From assembly GCF_009914755.1 (NCBI RefSeq), contig NC_060932.1: a DNA stretch of 64,000 bases. One strand, given 5' to 3'. Positions 30,473 through 44,380 of the stretch are shown piece after piece. The first letter of the stretch is position 1. Each line of letters opens with the position of its first letter. Source of the stretch: the human T2T-CHM13v2.0 reference genome, Homo sapiens. A program made the position numbers and the translations under genes. The notes below the pieces were generated by a model, which made no database searches, had not been told where the DNA came from, and was given only the letters and a program-made list of their open reading frames with translations.

Positions 30473-30690
30473 ACGTTTAAGATTTTTTTTGTATAATTTT
30501 ATTATGATCTGTCAAATATGGATGTATTTTTGGATCTGTGGTTTCTTATTTTGCATCTCTACTGGGAATTTTACAGCTATTATTGCCTTTCTTTTGTTCT
30601 CTTCATTTTCTTTCTTTTTATATATTTTTTTGATCTTCAACAAAATCCAAAGCCTTCTCATTTTGTCCTCTATATCCTCTATATCTTTTA

Positions 30691-30992
30691 TTTTCTTTTA
30701 TTTATTTTTTTGAGACCAAGTCCTGCTCTGTCACCCAGGCTGGAGTGCAGTGGTGCAATCTCGGCTCATTGCAACCTCTGCCTCCTGGCTCAAGAGATTC
30801 TTGTGCCTCAGCCTCCCAGGTAGCTGGGATTATAGGCATGTACCACCAGGCCTGGCTAATTTTTATGTTTTTAGTAGAGATGGGGTTTCACCATGTTGGC
30901 CAGGCTGGTCTCGAACTCCTAGCCTCAAGTGATCCATCTGTCTTGGTCTCCCAAAGTGCTGGGATTATAGGCGTGAGCCACTGCACTTGGCC
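30691..30992 (-). mobile_element. AluS/J
   Basis: Full Alu, antisense; TSD TCTATATCTTTTA on both sides. Confidence 0.93.
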
Positions 30993-31084
30993 TCTATATC
31001 TTTTAATGTTTACTTGTTTTGTCTCATTATGCTACATTGGGGATAAATTATTTTGCTATGTCTTCCTCTAATCTATTATTCTTT

Positions 31085-31363
31085 TTTTTTTTTGAGACAG
31101 AGTTTCGCTCTTATTACCTAGGTTGGAGTGCAATGGTGCCGTCTTGGCCCACTGCAACCTCCACTTCCCAGGTTCCTGCCTCAGCCTCCAGCAGCTGGGA
31201 TTACAGGTGCCTGCCACCACACCTGGCTAATTTTTGTATTTTTAGTAGAGATGGGGTTTCACCATATTGGCCAGGCTAGTCTCGAACTCCTGACCTCAGG
31301 TGGTCTGCCTGCTTTGGCTTCCCAAAGTGCTGGGGTTAAAGCCATGGGCCACCACGCCCAGCC
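31085..31363 (-). mobile_element. AluS (Sp/Sq-like), with small internal deletions
   Basis: gagtttcgctctt...cctgacctcaggtg...gcccagcc. Confidence 0.92.
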
Positions 31364-31379
31364 TATTCTATTATTATTA

Positions 31380-31651
<272 letters not shown>

Positions 31652-31667
31652 TAATCTATTATTCTTT

Positions 31668-31954
31668 TTTTTGGCAGGGGGAGACGGAGTCTCACTCTGT
31701 CGCCCAGGCTGGAGTGCAGGCACGATCTTGGCTTCACTGCAAGCTCCGCCTCCTGGGTTCATGCCATTCTACTGCCTCAGCCTCCCCAGTAGCTGGGACT
31801 ACACGGGCCTGCTACCACGCCTAGCTAATTTTTTTTTTTTTTTTTTGTATTTTTAGTAGAGATGGAGTTTCACCGTGTTAGCCAGGATGGTCTTGATCTC
31901 CTGACCTCGTGATCTGCCCACCTCAGCCTCCCAAAGTGCTGGGATTATAGGCGT
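31668..31954 (-). mobile_element. AluY, slightly 5'-truncated
   Basis: caagctccgcc, gccattct, gtgttagccaggatgg diagnostics; ends ttataggcgt. Confidence 0.92.
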
Positions 31955-32041
31955 ATGATCTATTATTCTTTAAAAAAATTCTTGCTATTTACCTAATATA
32001 CTTATTGGCCTTTATTGAGCCTTTAATTTCAACAGTTATAA

Positions 32042-32473
<432 letters not shown>

Positions 32474-33389
32474 CTTATAGCTATTTTCTATTATGTCAGT
32501 TTCAAGGTCTGCAATTCCTTCACTTTAAATCTTTGTTTTTTTTTTTGTCTGATGATTCTCACACATAGCAGCTTGATTTTCTGTGTATTTGAGAATCCTT
32601 GTTTTTAAGGTCATGCTTGCTTTTAATCTGTAGGAGACTTAGCCTACCTGAGGAAAGTTTCCTTCAAGGAGGGCTTGCTTCTGCCTTTGCCTGTGGGTGA
32701 TTTATCCCAGGCACTTCAGTTGCTATTCTTTCAGTTATGGCTCAGGAGAGGGCTCTGAGACTTCAATTTCCGTCCTGGTGCTATCTCTACAGCATTGTTC
32801 CCTGGGGGCACCGCTTTCCAGGGGCACCTGTTGATTTAGTCCAGCTCGATGCCCTCTGGCTGCCCACTGCTCTGACTAACTGCTGCTTTAGCTCAGACTT
32901 CCCTTCTCTATGGGCTGGGTCCCGGGATGTTTTTCCTGAAGCCTTCAGGGTTTCCTGCTTTGTATCCAGTCTGACCCAGACTCCCTGTCCTGGAAGTCCT
33001 GGAATTAGCAATATTTTGTTGGCTTGTCTGTTTTCTTTTTGGTGGTGGTGGTGTTGACTCCAGGAAATGTTTCCTACCTTTTGTGACACCAGTGGTTGTC
33101 TCCAAGGAGGTGCAGTATTTTGTCTGGTTATGAATAAAATGATTGCTCATACCTTTTAAATACTAGTGACCCTGGAAGTAAAAACAAGGTGATGACGTCT
33201 TGGCACTGTGATATACAAGTGGCAGTCCCAGAAAGTAGCTATGTTTGTATATGGAGAGTAAAAGAACCATATTTAAGATGTTATATTTTGAGAGGCAAAT
33301 GTTGGCATTAGTATCTTTCTTGTATTTGTGACCGTCTAACAAGAAGCAGCAGCCAGAGATTTGTCAACATTGGAAAGGTAAAAAGTATT

Positions 33390-33685
33390 GGTAGGGCACA
33401 GTGGCTCATGACTGTAATACCAGCACTTTGAGAGACTGAGTTGGGAGGATCCCTCAAGCCCAGGAGTTTGAGACCAGCCTGGGCAACTTAAGGAGATATC
33501 ATCTCTATAAAAAAAATTAAAAATTAGCAGGGCATGGTGGTGTGCACCTGTAGTCCCATCTACCAGGGAGGCTGAGGCAGGAGGATCACTTCAGCCCAGG
33601 AGTTCAAGGCTGCAGTGAGCTATGATCATGCCGCTACATTCCAGCTTAGCTGACAGAGCTAGACCCTCTGTCTTAAAAAAAAAAA
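33390..33685 (+). mobile_element. AluJ (Jo/Jr-like)
   Basis: aagcccaggagtttgagaccagcctgggcaac; ggagttcaaggctgcagtgagctatgatc. Confidence 0.92.
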
Positions 33686-33834
33686 TACAGTCAAATTTGT
33701 GTTTGCTTTATGGAAAGAAAGAAAAGATAATTCCAATGCTGTTAAGAATATTCTAATTATTAAAGTATTAATTAGCTTTAAATATAAACTATTTTCCCTT
33801 CCTACTAGAAAGCAAAAAAACTGGGTAATATATT

Positions 33835-34133
<299 letters not shown>

Positions 34134-34794
34134 AAAAAACTGGGTAATATATGAATGATATAAATGATAATCTGAATATATTTAGATGTATAATTTTAGA
34201 GGAGTTGATGTTACATTGTCCAACATATGTAGATAATGTGTGAAAGGCTTCTGAGAATTATATAATTTTCATAATTCAAAATGATCATCTTCATTTAGCC
34301 CCTGCAGGAAACTCAATTAAATAAGGGAAAATGTCTTGTTTAAATATGGAGAATTTATGAGTCACACAGCCAATTCAGCACAAGGTTTTTATTTCCAGAC
34401 TGGTGCTCTTTTTTATTGTAACCTGCTGCCCACAGGGATGGGTGAAGAGGACCTTTAGGGACAAGCTAAATGGAAGAGCATAAGTCTTTTTTTTTTTTTT
34501 TTTAATCTAAAACTGTAGTTCGCTTCATTTAGGCCTCTAACAAAAAGTACTAATTAGTGAAGAAATGTTAGCAATAACAAATCTTTCTTGAATTATCACT
34601 GATTGAAATGTCATGATGTCTGTTGATTAAAACAGTGTGTGCAAAAAAAGGAAAACTTACAGCTTCATTTCTTCCTAATGAAGTAGAAATTGGAATTCAT
34701 CTACAAATACGTTTAATTTTCATGGCCCTTGTTTCCATCATATGCTATTGAATAGTCGAAGAAAAAATATAGGGAATTAGATTTTTGTCAGGAA

Positions 34795-34965
34795 CAATAA
34801 TTATAACAGGCACTTTATAGTATTCACACTGTGCCCAGCAGGGCTCTAAGTGATTTATGAATTTAATCCATGTAATCCTTATAACAAGTCCACGAGTTGC
34901 GATTATAATCTCTATTTTAAAGAAGAAGAAACAGAAGCAAGAGATAGATCTACTTGCTCTGGGTC
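34795..34965 (-). mobile_element. MIR fragment
   Basis: atttaatccatgtaatcc...tctattttaaagaagaagaaacagaagc. Confidence 0.55.
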
Positions 34966-35275
34966 AAACAAACAATTAAAATATGAACAGTATGTCCCAA
35001 TATTAGTTTCCAAAATGAAGTGTTTTAGTAATCCTTATATATTTAGGAATGAATGGCAGAGCAAAAATGACTTTAGAAATCTAAATGGACTGTTTTTTTT
35101 TCCTATCAGTGCATTATATGGCTTCTGAAACCATTTTTCTCATTTTAAATATGAAATCTCAAAGAGCTACTCAAGTCAATTCATTATTTTGCTGATTTTT
35201 TCATTTTTCTAGACTGCACTTGTTAATACTCTTCAATGAGGCCCAGTTTTACTACAACAAACATTGACATATATA

Positions 35276-35354
35276 TTAGGTTGGTGCAAAAGTAATTGCA
35301 GTTTTTGCCATAAAAGAAATGACAAGAACCGTAATTACTTTTGTACCAACCTAA
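35276..35354. mobile_element. MADE1 (Hsmar1-derived MITE, source family of miR-548)
   Basis: TTAGGTTGGTGCAAAAGTAATTGC...TAATTACTTTTGTACCAACCTAA with TA on both sides. Confidence 0.95.
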
Positions 35355-37049
35355 TAGAAAGATAAGCAAAGTCAAGGAAACTTTATAGAAAGCAAGGGAC
35401 TCTGTAGAGAAGTGCCAATGGTGAGATCATTGTGAAATCTCTATATTAATACAAGTGGGGTGTTTCCCTAAGGAGTTATACTCTTATTTAGGAACACAGT
35501 ATCCTGTACTAGTTTCACATGATTGTCACCTTAAGTGAAGTGACAGATGAGTGATGGCAGTTATAAAACGAAGACTGGTTTCAGAAAATCTAAATAAAAA
35601 CTAAACAATTGTATACGACAATAGAAAATGATGTTGATGGCAAGAAATGTAGAGACTGTTGGACTGAATAAAAATATGGTCTTGCTTATTCAAAGCTCTT
35701 TTGGAGATAAATCAGAATGTTTTTCTAACATTTGGCCTGAATAAATTGTAGTACACAAACCACAGAGTATCTAAAACAACAACTAATGTTTCAATCTTAA
35801 TTTTTGTATTTGGTTCAGAAATGCCACTTGGAATGTTATACATAAAGAATCTGACATTGTGTAAATGGCTGCATAAGCTTAATGTAAAGGAAAATCGTGG
35901 AAGAATTTATCAGCTTGGACTGAATATTTCCTCAATTCACAAAATGAACTGCAACTCCAATAGAATGCAGAGTGAAAAATTTCCTGTCTTTTTCCTATTG
36001 GGTTTGTAGGACGATTGATAAACACATTGCTGTTGTGTTTGTAGGGATATTGATAAAGACATTGCTAAGGATGGTATGTCACATTTTTTCTTTTATGTTG
36101 ACCCACAGAAGAAATGTCTGACATATTTCCATGACATGAAAAGTTATGCTTCTTTTGAATGATTGCCTTTTAAAATTATTTGGACATTATATGTCTGATG
36201 AGCAATTTTGTTTCTCTTTTTGCTTTGGACACTAGGAATCTCAAAGCTGAATTTGAAAAGCATTTTATTTAACCGTGTAATATCCTGTGGAATTCAATTT
36301 TGTGTACTAAATTTATCTAATAGGCCAGCCTTTATTATCCTTTGTATTCATTCTTGGATTTGTTTTTGAGCCTGTTGCATTATCTATATTTCTGTAAGAA
36401 AATTCAAATCATTTTGAAAGGACGTAGGGTATAATTACCTGAACAAATGTTGTATTTTTCCTTATCAAAATTTATAAGTGCAATAAACAGTAACAAGGAA
36501 TGAATTATCAACTATGCCAAAGTGACAGATAAAAAATCACATACCATTATTTTCTGAATACGGACTCCAAAGTATGAAGATCAGAAATGAAAAAATCTTA
36601 GTGTTGTTATTCCAGTAATGGAAAGGGAGAAAAAAACTGATAATTCATGTTATCATGAATTGTGAATTCATGATAAAATAACACATGCTATTATGCATGT
36701 GTTATTAGAAGGAATTAGGTCATCAGAGTCAGAATTTAAAATTTTTAAATGGTTACATATATTTAGGAAAAACTTTGACAGTTACCTTTGAGATGTATGA
36801 GCTTTGTAATCTACCTTGCTTAATGTAAACCCTACATTAAATTGCCCTACTTGTTTTTCCATGTTAGCCAATGAGAATATTTAAGGAATCAAATCAAATT
36901 TGTTGTACATTCACTTTGGCTAATTCAATGGTCAGATTTTTGGAACCAAATCACAATAGCATAAATAACGGTGGTAGAATTTTGATTAAAGACCAGGCAG
37001 TTTGCTTATCCCATTCTTTTAAGACCTGTCCTATATTGTTTATATTTGA

Positions 37050-37424
37050 TGGGGTGTAGGAAGTTAATATGTAATAACAAATGACCCCCAAACTTAGAGG
37101 CTTTAAACCATAAAAGCTTATTTCTCATTTACATCTACATGTTCACCATGGGCTGGTTGAGGCTTTGCCATCTGTTGACTTCGTAACTGGACCCGGGCTG
37201 ATGGAGATTCTGTCAGGGATATTGCAAGGCTCATAACAGAGGGGACATAGAATCATGGTGACTCATGAGCTGAATTGTAAACTTCTGCCGAGAAGTATAT
37301 CTCACTTTTTGTTCACTTTTCATTGTCCGAAGCAAGTCACATGGCTAAACCTGTTATCAGCAGAGTGGGGATGTATAATCCTCCCACTGAGAGCAATGAA
37401 TATTTTGAATAAATAATATATTAC
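37050..37424 (-). mobile_element. MLT1I/J-like MaLR LTR
   Basis: aacaaatgacccccaaacttagaggcttt...gcaagtcacatggctaaacc...gtataatcctccc...gaatattttgaataaataat. Confidence 0.75.
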
Positions 37425-37711
37425 GTTGCTGCAAGCAAAGGGTTTTACCTCTTGTGTTTTTGGTTTTGCCTGATTGGGCCTGGTACAATGTTTAATACCT
37501 AGACTGTTTGACTCTCTAGCATATACAATTACAGATTGTCTAGTTTTGACTCTGGTACAAATAGATGGCATTTCTCTCCCCCCATATCTTCTAGGATGCC
37601 TATTTTTTGAGAGGATAAAATTAAAAATAAAAACCTCTCAGGGTAGCCTGTTTTTTTGCACTCTTTTCTAAACTGCTTTATAAAGGACAGACATATTTAT
37701 CCTTTATAAAG

Positions 37712-37980
37712 ACATATGTGTATATACACACACATATACACATACATACACATGTGTGTATATATATGTGTGTGTATGTATACATATACACACACATACA
37801 TATACACACACAAAATATACATGTATATATACACATTTATTAGGTTGGTGCGAAAGTAATTGTCACTTTTGCCATTGAAAGTAATGGCAAAAACCGCAAT
37901 TACTTTTGCACCAATCTAACAAGCATGTGTGTGTGTGTGTGTGTATGTGTATGTACATATATATATATGTACATATATGA
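37712..37980. repeat. Mixed (CA)n/(TA)n/(TG)n tracts flanking a MADE1
   Basis: Alternating purine-pyrimidine runs at 37712-37835 and 37925-37978. Confidence 0.9.
37840..37919. mobile_element. MADE1 (second copy)
   Basis: TTAGGTTGGTGCGAAAGTAATTG...GGCAAAAACCGCAATTACTTTTGCACCAATCTAA. Confidence 0.95.
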
Positions 37981-38014
37981 CCTTGGAAGAGATCTGAGGT
38001 ATGGTAGAGGTTTA

Positions 38015-38120
38015 CCTCTTAGAATTGTTTCGAGGATTAAATGAGATGATTTTTAAGCAGCCTTTAGCAGTGTTTGTGTGGCACATGGTAAGTGCTCAAT
38101 AAATATTATCTTATTAGTAT
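38015..38120 (+). mobile_element. MIR 3' fragment
   Basis: gaggattaaatgagatgat...ggcacatggtaagtgctcaataaatatta. Confidence 0.7.
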
Positions 38121-40799
38121 TATTTCAAGCGTAATATATTTTGATATCTTTAGAGCTCAATTGATACTTGAACAGTCATGAAAAGAAATGATTTACTTTA
38201 AAAAACACTTGAAAAACTATCCTATTAGATGAATTTATATTTTATTATAACAATGCATGTAGACACACGTACATACACACAACTAGAAAGGATATATGTG
38301 AGAGACATATGTATTTATTTAGTCACAAAAAGAGCAAAATAAATGTGCCAAATCATTTGAAGATCATTTGCAATAAATCTGCACCCTCTAATCCACCATT
38401 ATCTTTCAAAATTTCATGGTTACTTTCTTGGCGTACATGGACAAATGTTTCCACTCCTTCCATAGGACACTAATTCTAACTTTGGCCTCCCATTAACTGC
38501 AAAACATCTCATGCAACATTATTCTGCAGGTTTAGCTGACTTTATTGGTTAACATCAAGAAAATCACTTAAATGTTAATAATTTGAAATGGAATTGAACT
38601 CTCTTGAACTAAATTTTTTATTAAAGCACACATGGTTTTCACATTGAAGGAACAAAATATTCCATAAAATATGTTTTAAATTTAATGAACTCAAGACTGT
38701 TAGCAATCATTTGAATCACAATGAAATCAACATGTGTGGCAAAGATTTGTCTACTCTGGTAAGCAGCAATGCATTTGTGCACCAATTTTTACTTTAAATT
38801 TTATAGAACTATAACAAAAGAGAATTTCAGCTCAGTTCTTGAAATCATGGACAAAACTTTGCAGAAAAATAAATGAGTCATATCATTCAATACCATACAT
38901 ACAGCTGAGTTGACTTTTATCCAAAGTCATTATATATTATCATTTTAGTATTGTCCCCTGCATTTTCTTTGCCTTCTCCTCTAAGAAATATTTTCCTTAT
39001 GGTAGAAATCCAATTATTTTTTCCCCTGTAATTGAAATTTTCTGTTTTCATGAGGCCAAAGCCGAGCAAATAAGATAGAAATGGAGAGTAGTGAGCAAGA
39101 AATATTTGCAGAACAGAATTATATGGGAGCTCCTTCCTTGTATGTAGGGGGCACAGGTATGAATGCATGTGCTAGAACAGGTTTTCCTCACTGAAACAAG
39201 TCTTATCACAGAATCACTATGTGAATTAATATTTTGGAAAATGAAATAATTCCTTCCCACTGATTTATAACTATAGAGATATTTAATTCTTTTCTGATCA
39301 ACCTTTAACATTGTGACCACATTTTCCAACTTTGAAATTATCAATCTTGAATGTGTCCATAAGAATTGGGAAGTACAGTATAGAACCTTAAGATCCATCA
39401 GTGCTTTTGTAAAGTGAAATAAACTAATTTAATGGTAGTGATAACTCTCAGTTGCTCTCTTTTTTAAGTTGATCTTTTAATGTTTTGTCATATGCTATTT
39501 TTCTTGGCAGTGAATGTATAATGAAAAACCTGTCCATAATATGAATGATTACCCTATAATTTATCTCCTTTGGGGGTGTAGACGAATTGCAAGTTAAATA
39601 TCAGGAAATGCAGGATGGATGAACACTTCTCTGGGATTGAGAATCAGCTGAGTCTAAGGAATTTTGCCAGAATAGTATGGCTCATGATGTTGGTGGGACA
39701 CATGGCTCCATAAAAGTCCCACCCATCTTGTGTAAAGGAGGACTTTCACCTTTTCATGCCCTGGTTCCCATGGTGACTGGTATATTATTAGTTTTTGGCA
39801 TAATAGTGGCATTGTGGCATATCATGTTAAATTATAGCTAGGGACTCAGCTGCAAATGTTTTTGCTTCCTGATTTATGGGAGATAGCATGATTGAGAGAA
39901 AAGAATTTGTAAGCAGTAATTAGAGGAGCAGAGGTAAAGAAGTGCACTGAGATATATATTTTTTTTCAGAGAAATGCAGTTAATGGAGCATGTCAATGAA
40001 AAGGATTTTCCATTTTTAGGCTGGCTGGTACGTCCCCTGTTTAATAAAATAAGACTGAAGTGTGCCTTTTACTTTCTATACAGTCTGACAAAGGTAATTT
40101 AGAATGGAGCTTTTCGATGTCTGTAGGCTGCTGCTGCCAGGATTTATATCTTCATGAACGAAACACAATTGCAGATGCCTTCTCAAGCTGATTGATAGGC
40201 AATAAAAAACTGAAACAAGAGCTCAATCTCCAAGAAACAAGAAAAAGTTGTGTGTGTTAAATGGGGCAGAGAGATATCTGCTATCCTCTTGTGATATTTG
40301 TGTCTATTTTAATGCCTATGTAGATTTGTGCTGTGGCACATGAAACCAGGTATATATTACCAATGTAACATGCTTCATTTGATTTGCAACATTTTCAGTG
40401 AACTGCATATCTCATAGTGCTCAGAGCCAACCTAAAATTTCTGACTGATTAGAATTGTCTGCATTTGTAAATCACTGAGGCTGGACCTGGAAAGAAAAGG
40501 GATTTGGCTCCTCTGGGGCCCCTGGTATACATTGTGCTTAATAGAAGAATTTTGATTCAGATCCTTGTTTGATGCTGAAATTATTCTTTTTTCTCCCCAT
40601 ATAAAATCTCCTGAAAATTGAAGGCAAATTCTATAAGGGGCACAATATAGATCATTGTTTATTATGCAACACATTCCTTCTTCCCTCCCTTCTTCCATTC
40701 TTAAAAATAGTTTTTGCATCTTTGCTTATCTTTACTTACCCTACAAGGATATTGCTATCTGCTGTGAAGATAGACAAAACTGAATAATTTTGATGCAAT

Positions 40800-41600
40800 G
40801 CATCTGGACAATAATAGATAATGTTTGTTATAGAGGATTAGGTCTGTGTAAGACATCTGGAGAGATAGAGTCAGTAACTCTGTTAGGACTGGGGATGAGT
40901 CAAGGAAGACTTCACCTAAGAGCACAAGCAGAAAGAAAATTTCAGGCATGGAGAATAGATGGTAACTCAAATACATGAAAGAGTAATGTATTTCCAGCTG
41001 ATTAGCTCTGGTCAAGGCTCCAAGGAAGGCTGAATAACAAAGGGTAATGACATCAACCTTCCCATACTACTAAGCTGGTTTACCAAGTTGCCTTGATATT
41101 GTGAACATTGATGGACCTTTAGGACAAAAGATACGGTCAGGAGCAAAGACTCAACATTAAATGTCCTCTTGATGAAAGTCTCAGGTGCTGGAATGACTGT
41201 AATATGAGGATAGGCAAGATGCACATTGATAAAGAAGTTCCAAATATTTGGTGCAGAGAGTAAGAAGCTCCCCAGTTTTGGAGAAAGCATTACCAACGAA
41301 AGGATGGTTATTAGTAAAAGGTTATTCTGAGACTTCTGTCTTGGATTACTGATGATGTTGATGCAGGTATAGAACAAGTTAAGTCTGAAGTACTGATGAG
41401 CCAAGATAACTGTCTTATAGCTAGAAATATGTATTTCATTCTAGGGCAGAAGCTGAAATTGCAGATATAGATTTGAGAATGTCCATCACAGAGCTGGTAG
41501 TTAAAGCCATGGAGTAGTGGATGAGAATACCCAAAATTGCTGTACATGAAACTCTACAAAGCCACAAAATTTACTTCGCGGTCAAGAAGGAAGCTGAGAG
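40800..41600 (-). mobile_element. L2 ORF2 (RT region) degenerate fragment(s)
   Basis: Minus-strand ORF 41311-41547 gives HGFNYQLCDGHSQIYI, a decayed L2 RT motif HGFxYHLYADDSQIYI. Outer limits approximate. Confidence 0.6.
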
Positions 41601-41614
41601 AGAGTTATAATGAT

Positions 41615-42197
41615 TGGCATTTGTCTGTGGTCAGCTGAGCAATAATTTCCCCCTTTCCCCTTCCTAACTGTGCCCAGGTTTTTGTTTGGGTATCCATACA
41701 TCTTCCCATTATGTTGCCGAGATTCCTTAGGAATCTGTCTCAAACACAGCTCTAGGGATGAGCCATGGTTTATACAGCCATTCAGACTAACCTTATATCA
41801 CTGCCATAATGATTAATTCAAATAACCCAAGCCTAAGTAACATGGCATTTTCAGGATGGGAGGGGCAAAAGATCTAATTAAATTTAATTGGACATGATGG
41901 GAAATTTGCTGGATGGAGGTTTCTGGGGAAAGTATATCTTCTGAAAGACAGTCTGTTCATTCTGAAAGGTGTGACATGTTAATATGAAGCTTGGAACTGT
42001 TACAACATAGGATAAAACTGACACCAGAGATGCAGAATAGAAGGAAAGAAACCAGGTCCTTGGACAAGCTGCCTAATCCAATCAGCTCTGACCTCTGCCT
42101 TATCTGGAAATTTCATTTACATTAACTTATATGTTGTTATTATTTAGACCAATTTTATTTGAGTTTTCCTTTGTTTGAAATGGAAAGCACCCTGATA
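41615..42197 (+). mobile_element. Old MaLR LTR (MLT1J/K-like)
   Basis: gaagcttggaactgttac...gaaagaaaccaggtcctt...ttatttagaccaattt...tttgaaatggaaagcac. Confidence 0.6.
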
Positions 42198-42211
42198 GCT
42201 GCAAATGAACA

Positions 42212-42383
42212 ACATGAGGAATGTAGTTAATAATATTGTATTGCATATTGAAAATTTGCTACAACAGTAAATTTTAGGTGCTCTTACGACATACACTCAC
42301 ACACCCAAAGTGACAATGGAAGTTTCTGCTGTGTATGTATATAAAACACCATGCTGTATACCTTAAATATATACAATTAAAAA
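42212..42383 (+). mobile_element. L1MA-type 3' end fragment
   Basis: tagttaataatattgtattgcatattgaaaatttgcta...accttaaatatatacaatt. Confidence 0.75.
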
Positions 42384-42849
42384 GGGACATGTTGAAATAA
42401 GACATTAAGAAAAGTGTCAAATGCCACAGAAACCTTAGGCATGAGTTTGGCAATTGCAGTTCTTTCTCTGTCTTTGCTAGATTAGCCCTGTTTGGGGAGA
42501 GGGATGGAAGCAGATTTCAGTAGGTAGAAGAGTGAACGGGGGAAAATAAAATGAAGACAGCAAGTTTCAGTAGGGCAAGCATTTTTGTCTTTTTAAAATG
42601 TATGACTGACCCCCCAGCCCCTGGAAGAGTACATGAGAAGCAGTAAGCACTTACCATGTACTGGACAGTGGATAAATGTGCAGACATTAATTGCACATTT
42701 CCCATTTAAGAAGTGTCAGAAGAGAATAGAAATAGTGTGTCAACATACTGAAAGAAGAGGATAAGTAAAAAATAATTTAAAATTAGAAAAAATTTTAGTT
42801 TGGGATGGTCCTTACTATGTAATTAGAAGACATTCAGGAAAACATAAAA

Positions 42850-44380
42850 GATAATAGAAAAAGTTAAGAAATGTGAAGAATAGGCCTATAAAATTTTTGA
42901 GAAGGTAAAAGATGCAAAGAGAAAATCTGGAAAGTTTCTAAAGAGGCAAAAAAATATTAATAAGCTACTTACAATGGAAGAAAAATGAGATTAGAATTCT
43001 GGAAGCAAAGAGATTGTGGACTAACTGGCTGCAGATCAGTAGGAGGAGAGGGCTACAAGCTGGGAATGTGGATATAATTCATCTGCTAAAGGAAAAGAAA
43101 GATATTTATGGATTTGTGAGAATTCAGAGAATATGTCATGTATATGCCCCAAATGGGAAAGATTAAAAAAAAAAATAAAGCTTTCATCAGAAGGAAACTC
43201 CAGCATGTGGTGGCACATGCCTCTGGTCCCAGTTACTTGGGAGGCTGAGGTGGGAGGATCACTTGAGCCTGGGAAGTTCAGGATGCAGTGAGTCTGTCTT
43301 GACTGTGCTGTACAATGCAGCCTGGGTAACAGAGCAAGACCTTGTCTCAAACAAAAAAAAAAAAAAAAAAAAGAAACTTCCACATAGGTGACTATAAGTC
43401 GAAAAACAAATAGCAAGCAAGCAATAAACCTTAAAATGTGTACAATGTACCTAAAATATATAACCAAGGGGATACAAAATGTTTATAAATAAATAGTAGT
43501 GATAAGATAACAAGGAATGCATGTTTTAAGTGCTAAATACAAATTGTTGAAACAGAAGGGACATTCAGAGAGGAAAAACTGCAGTTACTAAATGTTCATC
43601 AAAACTTAGGAAGGCTCATTCTACAGGGTTCATCACTAAAAGGGAGAATAGAGAAAGAAAAGTCTCTCAGTGGCCTTCTTAGGGAAGAAAAAAACACCAC
43701 CACCACCACCACCACCGTGGGGAAATAGCACATCTCAGTCAGGAAAATAGTTGTTATTTTGGTTTCATATAAAAAGAGATAGATGTAAGAAGTTGGAAAA
43801 GAGAAAGTAAACACTCGTAGAATGGAAAACTACAGAATTTCATATTAAGTCCAAGGAAAAGAAGGAATAAATAGTAAAACATCAAAAGCAAGCAAAAAAA
43901 TAGTGTAAGCAATATTAAAGAAGCAACAACAAAGTAAAACAGTAGTAAGCAGTAAGATGTAAGGAATAAAACAAAGTAAATAAAAGTTATGTTAAATACG
44001 ACTTGGCCAAATTCTCTTATTGAAAAATTGACACTGAGAGACTTAAAAAAAAAAAAAAAACCACCCAGATATAGTCAGTAATGAAACACTGAAAGTTATG
44101 AAGAAAGTTTAAAAAGAGAAGCCAGACAAAGGCAAAGAAAGAGACAGAATGGCAATATTATTAGATGGGGTAGAATTTAAGATTAAATGCATCAAATATG
44201 TATATGTGAACAAAGAATGAGTTAGATCTGTCAACTCTCTTGAGAAAAAAGAGATTTCTATGTGCGAAATGATAGATGTAGAGAAAATATAGTGAAAATA
44301 ATTTTTGTAAAACAATCTTCCATCCCTAAGTACGTGTAAATGTGCACGTGTATATGTAATTCTATGAGCAAAAGGAAAAC
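42850..44380 (+). mobile_element. Highly degenerate L1/HAL1 fragments
   Basis: A-rich tract with L1 ORF1/ORF2-like remnants (aaagagaaaatctggaaagtttct; gaatggcaatattattagatggggtagaatttaag). Confidence 0.45.
43203..43372 (+). mobile_element. Alu right monomer (FRAM/AluJ) with A tail
   Basis: gtggtggcacatgcc...ggatcacttgagcctggg...gaccttgtctcaaac(A)n. Confidence 0.88.

Noticed and set aside
39970-40100. AG/GT-bounded mini-exon candidates (58 nt and 10 nt)
   Set aside because: Moderate splice signals, frame-shifting lengths, no other support.
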